Of a stretch of 64,000 nucleotides of DNA, positions 11,098-23,129 are shown piece by piece. Each line of letters begins with the position of its first letter. Positions within the stretch are counted from its first letter, which is position 1. Below the pieces are notes generated by a model. That model made no database searches, was not told the origin of the DNA, and saw only the letters and a program-made list of their open reading frames with translations. This stretch comes from Dicyema japonicum. Lineage: Eukaryota; Animalia; Dicyemida. The position numbers were made by a program, and so were the translations under genes. The DNA lies in contig RDEW01000027.1 of NCBI GenBank assembly GCA_011109175.1, positions 70,028-134,027 of the forward strand, in the 5' to 3' direction.

Positions 11098-14000
11098 ATG
11101 AGTGATAACGATCGACTGCTAGATTTTGATAATTCAAAGAAAGCCAAGTCAGGACTTTATCAGCTGCTCAGAAAATCTCTGAAAGGACAGATTAATAGCA
11201 GTGACGATCTTTTGGAATTACCACAAAATATGGAATGTTTCTTTATTGATGAAAAAATAGCAAATCAATCCAGTTCTCGTTGCATCAATCTGTGGACTGT
11301 GTTTTACAAACTTTATGCTTTTAAATTCTGTGCGATCGGTCTCTTGCAATTGTTATTCATCGGATCTTATCTGACGATGCCTCTTTTACTCAAATATATT
11401 ATGAATTCCTACTCGAATGGCAATAATCTGACAATAATTATGTACTCATCAATTATGCTTGCTCTCATTTTGGTGCAGTCATTCACTGACATGGCCTTTT
11501 GTTATTTCTCAGTAAAATATGGCATCGAGGCCTCTTCTATCGTGGCCACACAGGTTTACTCAAAAATTATGAAAACTTCTAAATCTATTCTGAGTCAATT
11601 GGAATCTGGAAAAATTTATAATTTCGTGAGCACAGACGCATTTCGAATTTCCACATTTTTTGAGAACTTTCATTTACTCTGGAAAATGGGACTAGAAATC
11701 ATAGTTTCCTTCTCACTGATATTTTGGGAGATTGGATACTCCGCCTTCCCCGCTTTGGGAGTTATAATATTAGTTATTCCTTTTAACAAACTCATTGTTA
11801 AAATTATTATGAAAAAGAACAAACTGATGATGGAATACAAGGATCGACGTGTTCAGGTTTGAATTTCGCTTATTTGTAGCAAATATTCGAGGTCATTCAT
11901 TACATTAGACAAGTGAAACTGAATGTCCTAGAAAATATGTTTTTAAACAAGATCAATCACTTCAGGAGTCTTGAACTTAAACAACTAACTTGGATTAAAT
12001 ATTTAGACGGATTTTGTGTATTTTTGTGGGCCTCAACCCCGTTGATTATTTCCGTTCTAACATTCATCACTTACAGTTTGCTTGGTCACGAATTGACTGC
12101 AACAAAAGTACGACGGCCATTGTAAGTTTCAGATCTTTACATGTCTGTCGCTGCTCAATATTCTGATCTCCCCTTTAAATAGTCTTCCTTGGGTTCTGAA
12201 CGGATTGATTGAGTCAATAATATCTCTTCGGAGAGTTCAAGATTTTCTGCTTTTAACTGAAATTGAAGAAATTCCACAGTCTGAGTCAATTGGGGACCTT
12301 CAGAGACCTCTGTTTATTTCAGATAAAATTGTGGAGTTGGAAAACTGTGACCTCGGTTATAATAACGCTGAAAGACTACGAAATATAAATTTTTCTGTCG
12401 GATCGGTACTTTACCCATGTCAATAAAAGGGAGAATTGGTTTTTGTCACCGGAAAAGTAGGCGCTGGAAAAACCATGTTAATCAACGCTATCCTTAGAGA
12501 AATTCCAATTTTTGAAGGATTCTGTCAACTACCTAATAAATTTGTACAGAAGATAGGATTCTGTCCCCAATGTCCGTGGATTCGAAATTGCACCATTAGA
12601 GAGAACATCACACTAGGGTTTACCTACAAAAAAATGAAGTATAAAAGCATACTGAACCTTTGTGGATTGTTAGACGATCTTCAAGTTGTTACATATTTAT
12701 TTTAGAATATGAATTCTGGAGATTTAACGATTGCAGGCCCGAATGGAATTAAACTTAGTGGGGGACAAAAAATAAGAATTGGATTAGCAAGGCTACTTTA
12801 TCAAGTTTACCTTACAATTTATAATTGAGGACGTTGACGTGTATGTTTTAGATGATCCCTTCGCATCCTTGAATATGGAAATAGCTGATAGTATCTTTTA
12901 CGATTGCATTATCAATCAACTGATAGAAAACAAAAAAACTGTGATCCTCATATCAAACGAATGTAAGTACATGTCATCAGCAGACAAAATCTATTACATA
13001 AAAAATAAAACAGTCGTAAACGAAAGTAAGTCATTCCTTAAGTCAGATCCCTTTTATTTGTTTAACGCGAATTTTGATCCAAATGGAAACAGTTATTCGC
13101 GTAGTACAAAAAATCTGTCAGAAGATTTAAAAATTGATGAGATCATTGAGGATGAGACACATCATGAACTAAAACAAGTAGGGAATGTACGGTGGAGCGT
13201 CTATAAGACTTATTTCTCATTGTCTGGATGTCCTTTACTATTTTTGGTCGTTGTCTCAATGTTCCTTATGCAAGGTATTCTGAGGCTGATCACAATAGGA
13301 AGTAACACTGCAAGCCAATGGTGGCTCTACTATTGGTCACAGCAAACGAAAAACCAGAGCCTGAATTTGCCAATAAACAATCATGGGAATGATTTGTATT
13401 TCTATTTGTACATATACGGCGGAATAGGAGGATTCAATATATTGGTTACCCTCGTCAGAGCCTTCTCCTTTGCTGGCTTTGCCATTAAGGCTGCAAAAAA
13501 TTGTCACAATAAGTTAATAAACTCAGTTATAGCAGTAAAATATACAATATACGATAGGCCAAAATGACGTTTTTTTACAAAGTCCCAATAGGGAGAATTA
13601 TTAACAGGTTTTCTAAGGACACGAATACAATCGACGATACCCTCCCATTTGGCCTTAATATTTTAGTTAGCGTCATATTTGCTTTATTTGGAGTTTTATC
13701 CCTTCAGTTATATGGATTTCCGTGGTCAGGTGTTTTTCTGGTGGTCCTTTCCTTCTTTTATTTTTGCTTGCAAGTAGACTAAATTGTTATATCAGAAATG
13801 CTATAGACATTCGGTTAGAGAAATTAGAAGAATTTCAAGCTTAGGGTTTTCTCATGTTCTAGAGGAGGTTGAAGAGACTCTTTCTGGTGTGGCAGTATTA
13901 CGAGGCCTGTATGAACGGCATTCTTAGTATAGATTTTTATAATTTTTAGTTTTAAAAGTTTATTTTATGGACATTTTGACTTCTATCAGAGATCTAAATA

Positions 14001-15010
14001 TTCTGATTTGATTATAACTATTTTGTTCAGTTTTTGTCTGAAAATGCTCGGATTTTTTTTCATGGCTTTTGTGATATTTGGAAATTTTGTCAATTTCTTA
14101 GAAACTGGAGTTATTAATATCGGTTTTGTGAGTTATAAACCTCAGGAAAACTCGGTCTTGTACTGTCAAATGGATTTGTCATCAGTTCTTTTCTCATGCT
14201 ACTCATTAAGATGCTTTCCGAGACTGAGCGTGAGATCGTAGCTGTTGAGAGGACTTTGGAGTACAGCGAACTTCCCTCTGAATCTTTTGAAAGTCAAAAG
14301 GAAGACTGGAATGCTTCCCAGGGATTATTAATATTTGATCATGTATCGTTTAGTTATGATAACGGAAAAACATTCACTTTCAAGGACATCTCATTTTCAG
14401 TCCACCAGGGAGATAAAATTGGAATCATTGGCCGAACGGGAGTTGGAAAGTCTACTCTGTTCGCTGTCCTTTCCAGATTAGTTGAAATTTGGAGCGGAAA
14501 AATATTTTACGATGGTATGAGTATCGCCGATTTGAATATCAATACTTTAAGAAAAAATTTGACGATTGTTTCACAAGATTCTTTTATTTTTGGAAGTTCT
14601 GTAAGAGAAAATCTTGTTTGTAATTCTACCAGAAAAAATATTGAAGACTCCGATATTTGGAGTGTTCTGAAAAAATGTAATTTGGTTGAAACTATCACAT
14701 GTCTCGGGGGTCTCGATGCGACTCTAACTGAAAGTCAGCTTTCTTTTGGCGAGAAAAAGCTCCTCAGTCTTGCAAGGATTTTTTTCTCATTTTCAAAAGT
14801 AGATTATATTTTTGCATAAAGATTCTCTGTTTTGACGAAATCACTGCGGGAGTCGATGAAGAAACCGAAAAAATGCTCATTGAGGCTCTCGACAAATTAC
14901 TGCATGGTCGAACAGCTTTGATAATTACGCACAAATCAAATTTACTAAAATTATGCAACAGAATCTTTGTTTTTGAAACTTCATCTTTAACAGAGACTAT
15001 AACTTATTGA
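11098..15010 (+). CDS. ABCC10: ABC transporter C family, MRP7/ABCC10-like (12 exons)
   Basis: Splices cleanly through 11 GT-AG introns: 11857-11879, 12108-12132, 12406-12429, 12685-12705, 12805-12829, 13275-13298, 13535-13557, 13774-13795, 13927-13949, 14123-14145, 14799-14821. NBD1 has GKVGAGKT, LSGGQ, LDDP; NBD2 has GRTGVGKS, LSFGE, FDE, H-loop. IKYLDGFCVFLWASTPLIISVLTFITYSLLGHELTATKIFT matches the ABCC10 subfamily. Stop TGA at 15008-15010. Confidence 0.92.
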
Positions 15011-15062
15011 TTTTTTATATTCTTCCATTTCCTTTATTATGTATATTACCTTAAGTTAGAAG

Positions 15063-15260
15063 ATTGAGTAGTCGGATGGCAAACTGGTTAGGTGTTGGGC
15101 TAAAGTGGCTTAGGTTACGGGTTCGATTCTCGCTGCTGTTAACCTGGTGGAAGGTTCCACGCATCTACAATGCCAAAAGGGGTTGACGAGTGATGCCGTC
15201 ATCAGTGGATACTCACTGCGGAACTGGATTGTCTAGAAAGGACCCACACAAATTGGTAGA
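15063..15260 (+). mobile_element. tRNA-derived SINE family C (head and body)
   Basis: A-box-like tggcaaactggt, B box ggttcgattc, then body gaaggttccacgcatc...gacgagtgatgccgtcatcagt...ctgcggaactggattgtct shared with 34460-34770 and 42190-42512. Confidence 0.8.
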
Positions 15261-18030
15261 AACGGGGACGGTCTCATTCTCCATAGATTTCCCGCATTTT
15301 CTAGATAGTCAGATATAGAGAGTGAAAGCGGACTGCCGATTTTTATTGCCCACTGTAGAAATGACTTCACTCTCCACCTTAGGTGTTCTTTAACATTCAA
15401 TACGTTATCCACAGTTTTCTTATTTATTATTTTCAACGCAGCAAGTTGTGCGGCTTCTAATTTTTGAGACGACGATTCAGAAATCATCGAGCTCCAGGAG
15501 GGACATGCGTATTCGATTACTGGCAGTATGTATTGTCTGTAAATTTTCTGTAGTAAAAAGGTGTTGTGCCCGATTGGTGATCGGGACAAAATTTTCAGTA
15601 TGTTGGTCCTCCTCCTGACTTTGGTAATAACGTCATTGACGTGTTGGCCGAATGTCAGGAGAGTATCCAACTTTAATCCTAGTATTGTTGGAGACCTATT
15701 CATAGGAATTTCATATCCAAACAATTTGATTTTGGGAGAGTATAATGATCTTCTATATGTAGAAAAAATTGTTATAAATGACTTTCCTGTAGAAACTTCC
15801 AGTCGATTTGATATGAGCCAGTGTTCCAACATACCAATATAACTTTGAAGTTTTATCCATCCTTTCTCATATTAGAGTCTCTCGTCGCAAGAACAATATC
15901 ATCTGCGTATGAGAGTATCAATGTATCGGGATCATCATTGGTGGGAAGGTCATTGGTGTACAAGTTGAAGAGCAGGGGAGAGAGAGGTGAACCTTGAGGG
16001 ACATCATTCGCCAATAAACGGGATTTAGATTTTCTGTTGTCCAACATCACTTGTCCTCTTCTTCCATTTAGAAAGTTCGACAGCCATCTTTTAATGTTTG
16101 GATTTATAAGAGTGTCAGAAATTTTCTCTATAAGTAGCGTCCGGGACACGGAGTCGAATGCTTTCTTCAAGTCTATTGAAGCCATTATGGTCCTTTTATG
16201 TGGTTTTGGATAGGAGAATCCATCAGATATATATTGAGTTAATTTTGTTAAGTGAGTCGTAGTAGAATGATTTTCACAGAATCCATGCTGGAATACTCGA
16301 TTTGGTACAATATCTTTGATTCGTGTTAAGATTAATTTTTCTAAAATTCGGGACATCGCACATAGTATTGCAATTGGACGATAAGAAGAGGGATCGTTTG
16401 CAGGTTTGTTTGGCTTCCGAATTGGCAGAATTATGGATTTCTTCCATATAGAAGGTATCATATATTGTTCACAGATAGAGTATAAACGTATTATAGGAAT
16501 TTGGTTGCTTTTTCACCAAGATGTTTCAGTTCCATCATCGAGACATTGTCAGCACCTCGGGAACGGGAGTTTTTGGCATCCATGATTGCGTTTCGAACTT
16601 CTTGCGGAGTAAAGACAATCAAATCATATGATGGATACAACTTCTTCTTGTAGACTCTGTGTTCCCTCGAAAAATATTTATGGCTGATTCCGACATAGTG
16701 CTTCATTAAAATATTTAGGTCTATGTTGCTACATCCCTGTCCGTGGAGGTCTTTCTCAGAGCCTTCATTGCATTTTCTCAAATATTTAATTTTCCTCCAT
16801 ATAAGCGTCTCGGATGTATTTGGCGATAGAAAATCAATAAGTGATGCCCATCGCTTCTTGTTTCTAGACTGGGTAACTTGTTTAATTTGTATATTTAAGG
16901 TTTTCATTTTTTTGGAAATCGTCATTTGATACTTACTTTTGCTTCTTTAATTTATTTCTTTCTCTGATAAGTGTTTTTGTATGCATATTATAATATGTAT
17001 TCCTTGTTTGATAGCATCCTATTGGAATAAATAGTTTTCTTGCTTTGAGTATAATGTCCGTGAAAGTTTTGATCCATGTGGTCAATTGATGAGAATATCA
17101 ATGTGTAAAATACTTCCATATTGGTGTCGATGTAATTAGAGAAGTTGGACCAATCTACGCTTTCAAAGTTTAAAAAAGTGTAATTCTGTCAGATAAATTT
17201 GTTTTCAGTGTTTATTTTCATCATAATAGGGTTGTGATCACTTCTTGGTTTATATTTTACAGTCCAGTTGATGAGGGGAAACATTGATGGGGAACATGAG
17301 GAGTGGTCAGGGGATGTAGGTTTGTCTCCTTTTCGAGTAGGTGTTCTTGTATTGCTTACGGTGTTATTCAATATACAAAATTGTTCCAAATTTCTACCAG
17401 TAGGTTTCCTCTACTGTCTGGTTTCTAGCCTTCATACCATAATTGATGTTTGGCGTTGATGTCACCGCATAGTAGTACGTTTTTGAGGTTTGAGAATATC
17501 TGTAGGTTAGGGTAGTACCCACTTGGACAGGAGGTATTAGGGGGAATATATACATTGACAATATTTATAGTTTTCCTAGGAATTCTAAAATTTATGCCAA
17601 TTAGTTCCAAAGGGTCATATTCTAGATAGAGTTTTCTGATTTTGTTTGAAACATCTTCATATTGAATTCCATTTCTTATTAGTGTCATTAGTCCTCCACC
17701 AAGCTTAATCTTTCTGTCTTTACGGATAATGGAGTATCCGGAAAAGGTTAGGGTTCGTATGTTTGCTTTTAGTTTTGTCTCTTGGACTAGAGCAATGTCA
17801 ATTTCATTACTATTGAGTAAGTGGCGGACTTCCAGCACCTTGTTTCGTATTCCGTTAATATTGATCTGGACCAGGTTGATTTCAGGGCCTGGGTTGGATT
17901 CGACGTCACCACACAAAATTAGAGCGTACCTAAAAAACCATCCTCTTTCATAGATAGGAATAGGGAAAGTGTAGTTCTTTTCAACATCATGTGATGCACA
18001 ACACCACCATACAGGTGAAAGACATTTATT
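15233..18030 (-). mobile_element. Near full-length I-group (Ingi/Vingi-like) LINE: 2A-APE-RT, no RNase H seen
   Basis: ALILCGDVESNPGP (17884-17907), APE (QININGI, LVQETKL, LCGDINAKH, SDHNP), RT (YRPIAIL, QHGF, DLKKAFDSV, VPQGSPLSP, YADD) and post-RT region. Several frameshifts. Confidence 0.9.
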
Positions 18031-18425
18031 AAAAATTTCGGATTAATTTATTTTGGTTTTATTGCACATTTAAATTAATTTACATTTTTAATTTAAAGTC
18101 TTACAGTGCCACCTGGTTAGAAAGAGGACCGAAATTTCTATTGCACATGAAAGAAAGATTTGTGAAATAAAAAAATAAATCTAAAATGACTCTCAAATTA
18201 TTCCATATTTGTGAAATAAAAATTAATCTTTATTTAAGAATTTCGACACTTAGAAATTCTTTAAAATCGTGAAAATGGAAAAACTGTGAAACCATGATTA
18301 ACAAGTCAAGACAACCAGGTGGTAAACATCATCAACTTGATAAATCACTTGTTGAATGGATTTCAAGGATGGATACAATCAATGGTTTTATTACTGAAGA
18401 TATCAGCACTTCAAAAGCTAAAGTA

Positions 18426-19914
18426 CAGTCAAGTCTCTCAAATCTGCCAACTTCGGGGATCGGCTTAATCTGCCGGATTCAGAGAGTATTAATTTTTTTA
18501 TCCATTAATAATGTAAATCAAAAAATTAATCATAAGCAAAAGAATCAGTAAGTTTTGATTTGTTTCTTTTTAGAGTTCGGATCATTGCAGATCCAAGCTT
18601 TTTAATAGACTCAGGATTTTCGACATTAAAGAATTTTTTTGATTATAGATTTTTTAATTTATTTAAGGCTAGACCTATCTATCTTGTTCCAAGCATAATA
18701 TGTGAATAATATTGGATCTTTTAAGTTTAATTTTTTGTATGCAAAATAGAGATTTATCCCAGCTTCAATTTTCTGAATAATATTAGAAAATTTAAGAGAA
18801 TTGAAATTGCATTTGTACGATTTGATTATACCCTGATCCAGTGGTTGCAAAAACGACGTTGTATTCGCTGGTAGAAATATTATTTCAATTTGGTTTAATT
18901 CAAACAAAACCTAATGTATTCTTATGTGCAGGACATTTATCTACAGCAATTTCCCATTTCAAAAGAAATTGATTAATAATTCGGATATCCATCCATGTTT
19001 TTTGAATTAGAATATGTGACATATTTTTTAATATCAAAATTTTTGAAATATCTAGGATTTTTAAACATTCTTATAAGTAAGGGTGTTTGTTTATCTGTAA
19101 CGTCCACATTTGTACATAACATGACTGAAACTCTGTCTTTCAACACTTTATAACCTGATTAAAGGTTTTTACAAACACTTTTGGACGGTATCATTTTGTA
19201 AATAAACTAGTTTCGTCGGCATTATAAACATTTTGATCTCCTTAGAGATTGATTTTATTTTTGATTAATTCAATAAAATCTGATACCACATTAGAGTCAA
19301 AATTTAAAGTTGTAGATTCTCCATGCATATTTTGTAACTTCAAACCATTCCTCTTTTTAAATTTAACAAGCCACCCCTTGCTTCTTTTGAAATCAGGGAT
19401 CTCTTGTTTCAATGCAAATGTTTTGGCTTTCTCAGTAATAATATAATCGTTCGAAATGGCTCCATTAACATCCATTGAATTAACCCAAGAAATCGTATCA
19501 TAATCGATTTCACTAAACTTTAAATATTCTTTGCGAGAAATGTTATATCGTAGGTCATTCAACATATTTTTAGATCCTCTTTTACTTCTCAGATTATCGA
19601 TAAGTGCATATATTTTTTGGAAAAAAAATTATAAAATTTTTATAGAAGGAAATTCAATATTCGATTCAATAAACATTAAAATGGCAATTTTTTGTTTGTT
19701 TTTTATTTGTGTACAGTTACGTTTCATGAAAACAACAATAGACAATGTTAATAAGTTAATTATTTAACTATAAAATTATTTAAAAAATCATTTAAAATTA
19801 AGAGACATGGCGTATTCATTTAAAAAATCTGGCGGATTCAAAAAATTTTGTTAGAAAAAATGGCGTATTCAAGAATTTATTAGCAGTAATTGGCGGATTC
19901 GAGAGACTTTACTG
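18426..19914 (-). mobile_element. pogo/Tigger transposon B with TIRs and TA target duplication
   Basis: 23-bp TIRs cagtcaagtctctcaaatctgcc and the reverse complement of ggcggattcgagagactttactg (20/23 match), flanked by TA at 18424-25 and 19915-16. Transposase motifs SKGWLVKFKKR, NADETSLF, VDKCPAH, LPANTTSFLQPLDQGIIK; contains stops. Confidence 0.92.
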
Positions 19915-20074
19915 TATTTGATGAAAAGTTTGGAATCGATGATGTTGAATTTACTAAAGGCTGGCTACACAGATTTGAAGAAAGGTTTAATTTTAAACTT
20001 AAAGTTCTTTACGCAAAAGCTAACAGCTTAACAAAAGATGAAAGTAATTTGAATAGACAAAATATGATTCAGTT

Positions 20075-20420
20075 AAATTGGACATCACCCTATACTTAAA
20101 ACGCTCTACTCACAGTACATCGAACCATGCATTTCATATGCGTGTACTTCATGGAGACCACTGGCCTCTTATACGAACATCCAGAAAATTTCCGCAACCC
20201 AGAAAAGAGCCTTCAAACTAACGGAGAGATGGTACACAAGGGAAAACATTAAATCACCGACGCCCATGGAGAAAGTAATCAAAAAAAACAAAAATGGACA
20301 CCAATGCCAAAAAGAAAGTGCTCGTCCGCAACGAACTTGTGTAGGCTCAAGGGATCAACACCGAGCAAAGATGAGTTGACCCTGACGTATCGCTAAACGT
20401 GGAAGAAACTGGACTTTTTT
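20075..20420 (+). mobile_element. I-group LINE post-RT fragment inserted in Tigger A
   Basis: ILKTLYSQYIEPCISYACTSW...QKRAFKL resembles the post-RT region of the 15233-18030 element. Confidence 0.65.
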
Positions 20421-21638
20421 TTCAATCTTTTCCTTCTAGAACAATTTCATCAAAGATAAAAAATGCATAAAGCAATCAAAAGTGAGGATCACTATAGCTC
20501 TCTGTACTAATGCAACTTAACAATAAAAATTAAACTTTTTGTTATTGGACATAGTAAAAGACGAGATTTTTAAAAGATTTGAAAAATATTTGCAAATAAA
20601 AGGGCTAGGCTGACAGAACTCTTAAATGTTTTCAATTAAAATTTTCGGAAAAAAGTTTTTTTTACTGATTGATAATGCTCCAAACTACGATTATCAATTT
20701 TTTGAAAACATTGAAATTTTATTCCTTCCAAAAAAACGCAACCTCAACTAATGGACGCAGGAATAATCAAGAACTTTAAGCATTATTATAGAAAAAGGCT
20801 TATTTTGGATTATATGGAAGCCTTTGATTTGGAAAAGATTTTTTGTGAATTTATGGAAGGCCATCATTATGGTATTTCACGCATGAAATAAAATAAAGAA
20901 GGCACAACAAAAAATTGTTTTAAAATACAGGGACAATATAATGTCTCGATTCATCTGCTATAAGATCCTGTTTTGGATGTGTACAAAAAAGATCTGGAAA
21001 ACTTGCTAATAAGGAAGAAATAACTCATACAGAAACTCTCGACAAGAATAAAATCTTAATCATTTTTTGTGAAGGTTATAACGCCGACTATGAAATTATT
21101 GATGCTGAAATGGAGAGACTGATGTAGAAATTTCGCCAATACAATTACTTTCACAATTCGAAAGGCATCTAAATTTTTTTTGTTCAGATTAATGAGGGTT
21201 TACTGTATTTTTCTCTGACCCTACTCCACCTTCAAATTTGCCTCCACGCCAGATACATCTGACTGGTCTCTGAGAGCAATCGTTTTGATTGTTACCTTCC
21301 TACTGTCACAAATTTTCTTCAGAAACTTTGGGTAAATAAATATTTGTCCGTCATATTGTTCAATAATATTAGAAATAAGTGGAAATGTGTATATTCTGTA
21401 AAATGTGGGTACGCCACTTCCTCAGCCTGGCCAATAAACTACAAGACTGACAAATTATCGTACAAAAAGATAAAAAGTTTAAAGAACATATATTCTGGTA
21501 GATATCGCAGTCACTTAATCGATTCTATTGTTTTTAAGCGCTCTTCGGGGTTGATTAATGTTCCATACTAATCCGTTCAAGGAGTTTAACAGAGATTAAA
21601 CAATCATAAAATATTACAGATAAGTGATATCCACTAAA

Positions 21639-21737
21639 AAATCAGACACTTGGTTGATAGCAGAACCAGTTTATACATTTTTGGTTGATAGAAAAACCAC
21701 AATCAGACAATTGATTGATAGCAGAACCAGTTTATAT
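21639..21737 (+). repeat. Short imperfect direct repeat
   Basis: aatcagaca(c/a)ttg(g/a)ttgatagcagaaccagtttata occurs twice about 62 bp apart, with a partial copy between. Confidence 0.85.
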
Positions 21738-21849
21738 GAGCCATTTTTCACTAATCAATGGTTATTTGGCAAATAACGTCGAATGACAGAATTAATCATT
21801 TTTAGATTCAGGAGTTAATGCACAAAAAACTAATTTTAGCAAAAATAGA

Positions 21850-22330
21850 TAGATTAAATAATTTTTTCTTTATCTTGCCTTCGGCTTTTATAAATTCTTA
21901 TATTAAAACGCAACTAAAAAAAGTTATCTCGTCGCGTCTGCAACACCGTGGACAATTTTTACTGTTAGATTCTTCCACACTCTCCTTGAGAAAAGATTAT
22001 TCGGAAAACGTCTAAATCGTCTGCATTTTCGAGTTTCTTATTACAGTCACAAGATCTTGGTGAATAGCAATGGGGAGAAAGTAGCATGAATGTCCGCGGT
22101 TTTCACAACTGCTCTGGAAGTAAGCTTCCATAGCATTTTTTTCAGGAACTGCTTCATCTATTCATAGGATATTTTAAAATAACTTCCACCTTTCCCATTC
22201 TCATGGTTAATTATTTTTTGTATTTTTTTATCAATTCTTTTCTACTAATGGATCACTTGATGGCAGAGGGCTTAAACGAACCCAGAAAATGTGTGTTTTG
22301 TCGCAGGATTTATTAAAATACGAAGTTTCT
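21850..22330 (-). mobile_element. Merlin/IS1595-like transposase fossil
   Basis: Minus frames give AVPEKN... and VTVIRNSKMQTI*TFSE*SFLKE...PRCCRRDE...EFI, resembling the Merlin TVNHS...TQTIE..W...EF region. Highly decayed. Confidence 0.4.
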
Positions 22331-22559
22331 ATTTGTTATTTACAAAAAAAAATAAATTATCAAAAGACGATTAAGAAATAAGAAAAATACGCCTTTTCTT
22401 TTCTACAATCGGACTGTCGGCATCACGGCCTCAGAATCGCAATCCATAGAGACCTTATGGAACGATTAACCAAATATAGATGATCGTATCACGGTCTTGC
22501 AGCTCAAATATGGGAAAGACACCAACTCATTAATCTCGATAATCAACATAAAGGAGCGA

Positions 22560-23070
22560 TGGATGCTAAAATTTCTGAATTGTTTAGCGACTTATACGCC
22601 TCGTTCATATCCGCTACCGCGAAGTCTCTTCCACCTGTCTATTATTCATTGCTGGTGACTTGAAAACTAAGGTCGGAATAGCAAAGAAAGGGGATGATTG
22701 CATTCCAGCTCATGGTAGAAACATAAGGACAGTAACTAAAAAAGTTTTGAAATTATTATAACCTATTCTTGTGCAACACTGTAATTCCAGACATTTAAAT
22801 ATTTCGACTGGAACTAGAGAAGATGAATTTGGAGACCCAGTTTATATGCAATCAAATTGACTGCATTCTTTGTAGAAAGGATAAGTGCGGGTTACTAACC
22901 CAAGCAAGATCGTATGGTGGGTCAACAACAAATACTGACCACAAATTGGAGGCTGTCTGTTTCTACTTAAAAGTAACTTTGCTATTATTTGATCCACCAG
23001 AACTAAACAACAACAAACAACAACGATTTATTGACAAAAGAGTTAAGGAGATTTCTGGAGGGTATTACAT
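22560..23070 (+). mobile_element. RTE LINE endonuclease fragment
   Basis: GDLKTKVG..., NQIDCILCRKDKCGLLTQARSYGGSTTNTDHKL correspond to the APE C-terminal motifs. Confidence 0.7.
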
Positions 23071-23129
23071 CTGAGTCCTACCATAAGGCTTGGACTTCAC
23101 ACCTGGACCCTTCCTCCTTTTTTTATTAT

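Larger units (their letters stand above)
18104..21205 (+). mobile_element. pogo/Tigger transposon A (host of nested insertions)
   Basis: CENP-B HTH LDKSLVEWIS...KAKV resumes at 19917 as FDEKFGIDDVEFTKGWLHRF. DDE parts LLIDNAP and QLMDAGIIKNFK lie at 20500-20900. Ends ta|cagt (18102-18107) and gagggtttactg|ta (21205); the left end is less certain. Confidence 0.75.

Noticed and set aside
15063-15135. tRNA gene
   Set aside because: A and B boxes are present but there is no clean cloverleaf, and the sequence continues into a repeated SINE body.
21639-21737. CRISPR-like repeat
   Set aside because: Only two and a half imperfect units, no unique spacers of regular length, no cas genes and a eukaryotic context.
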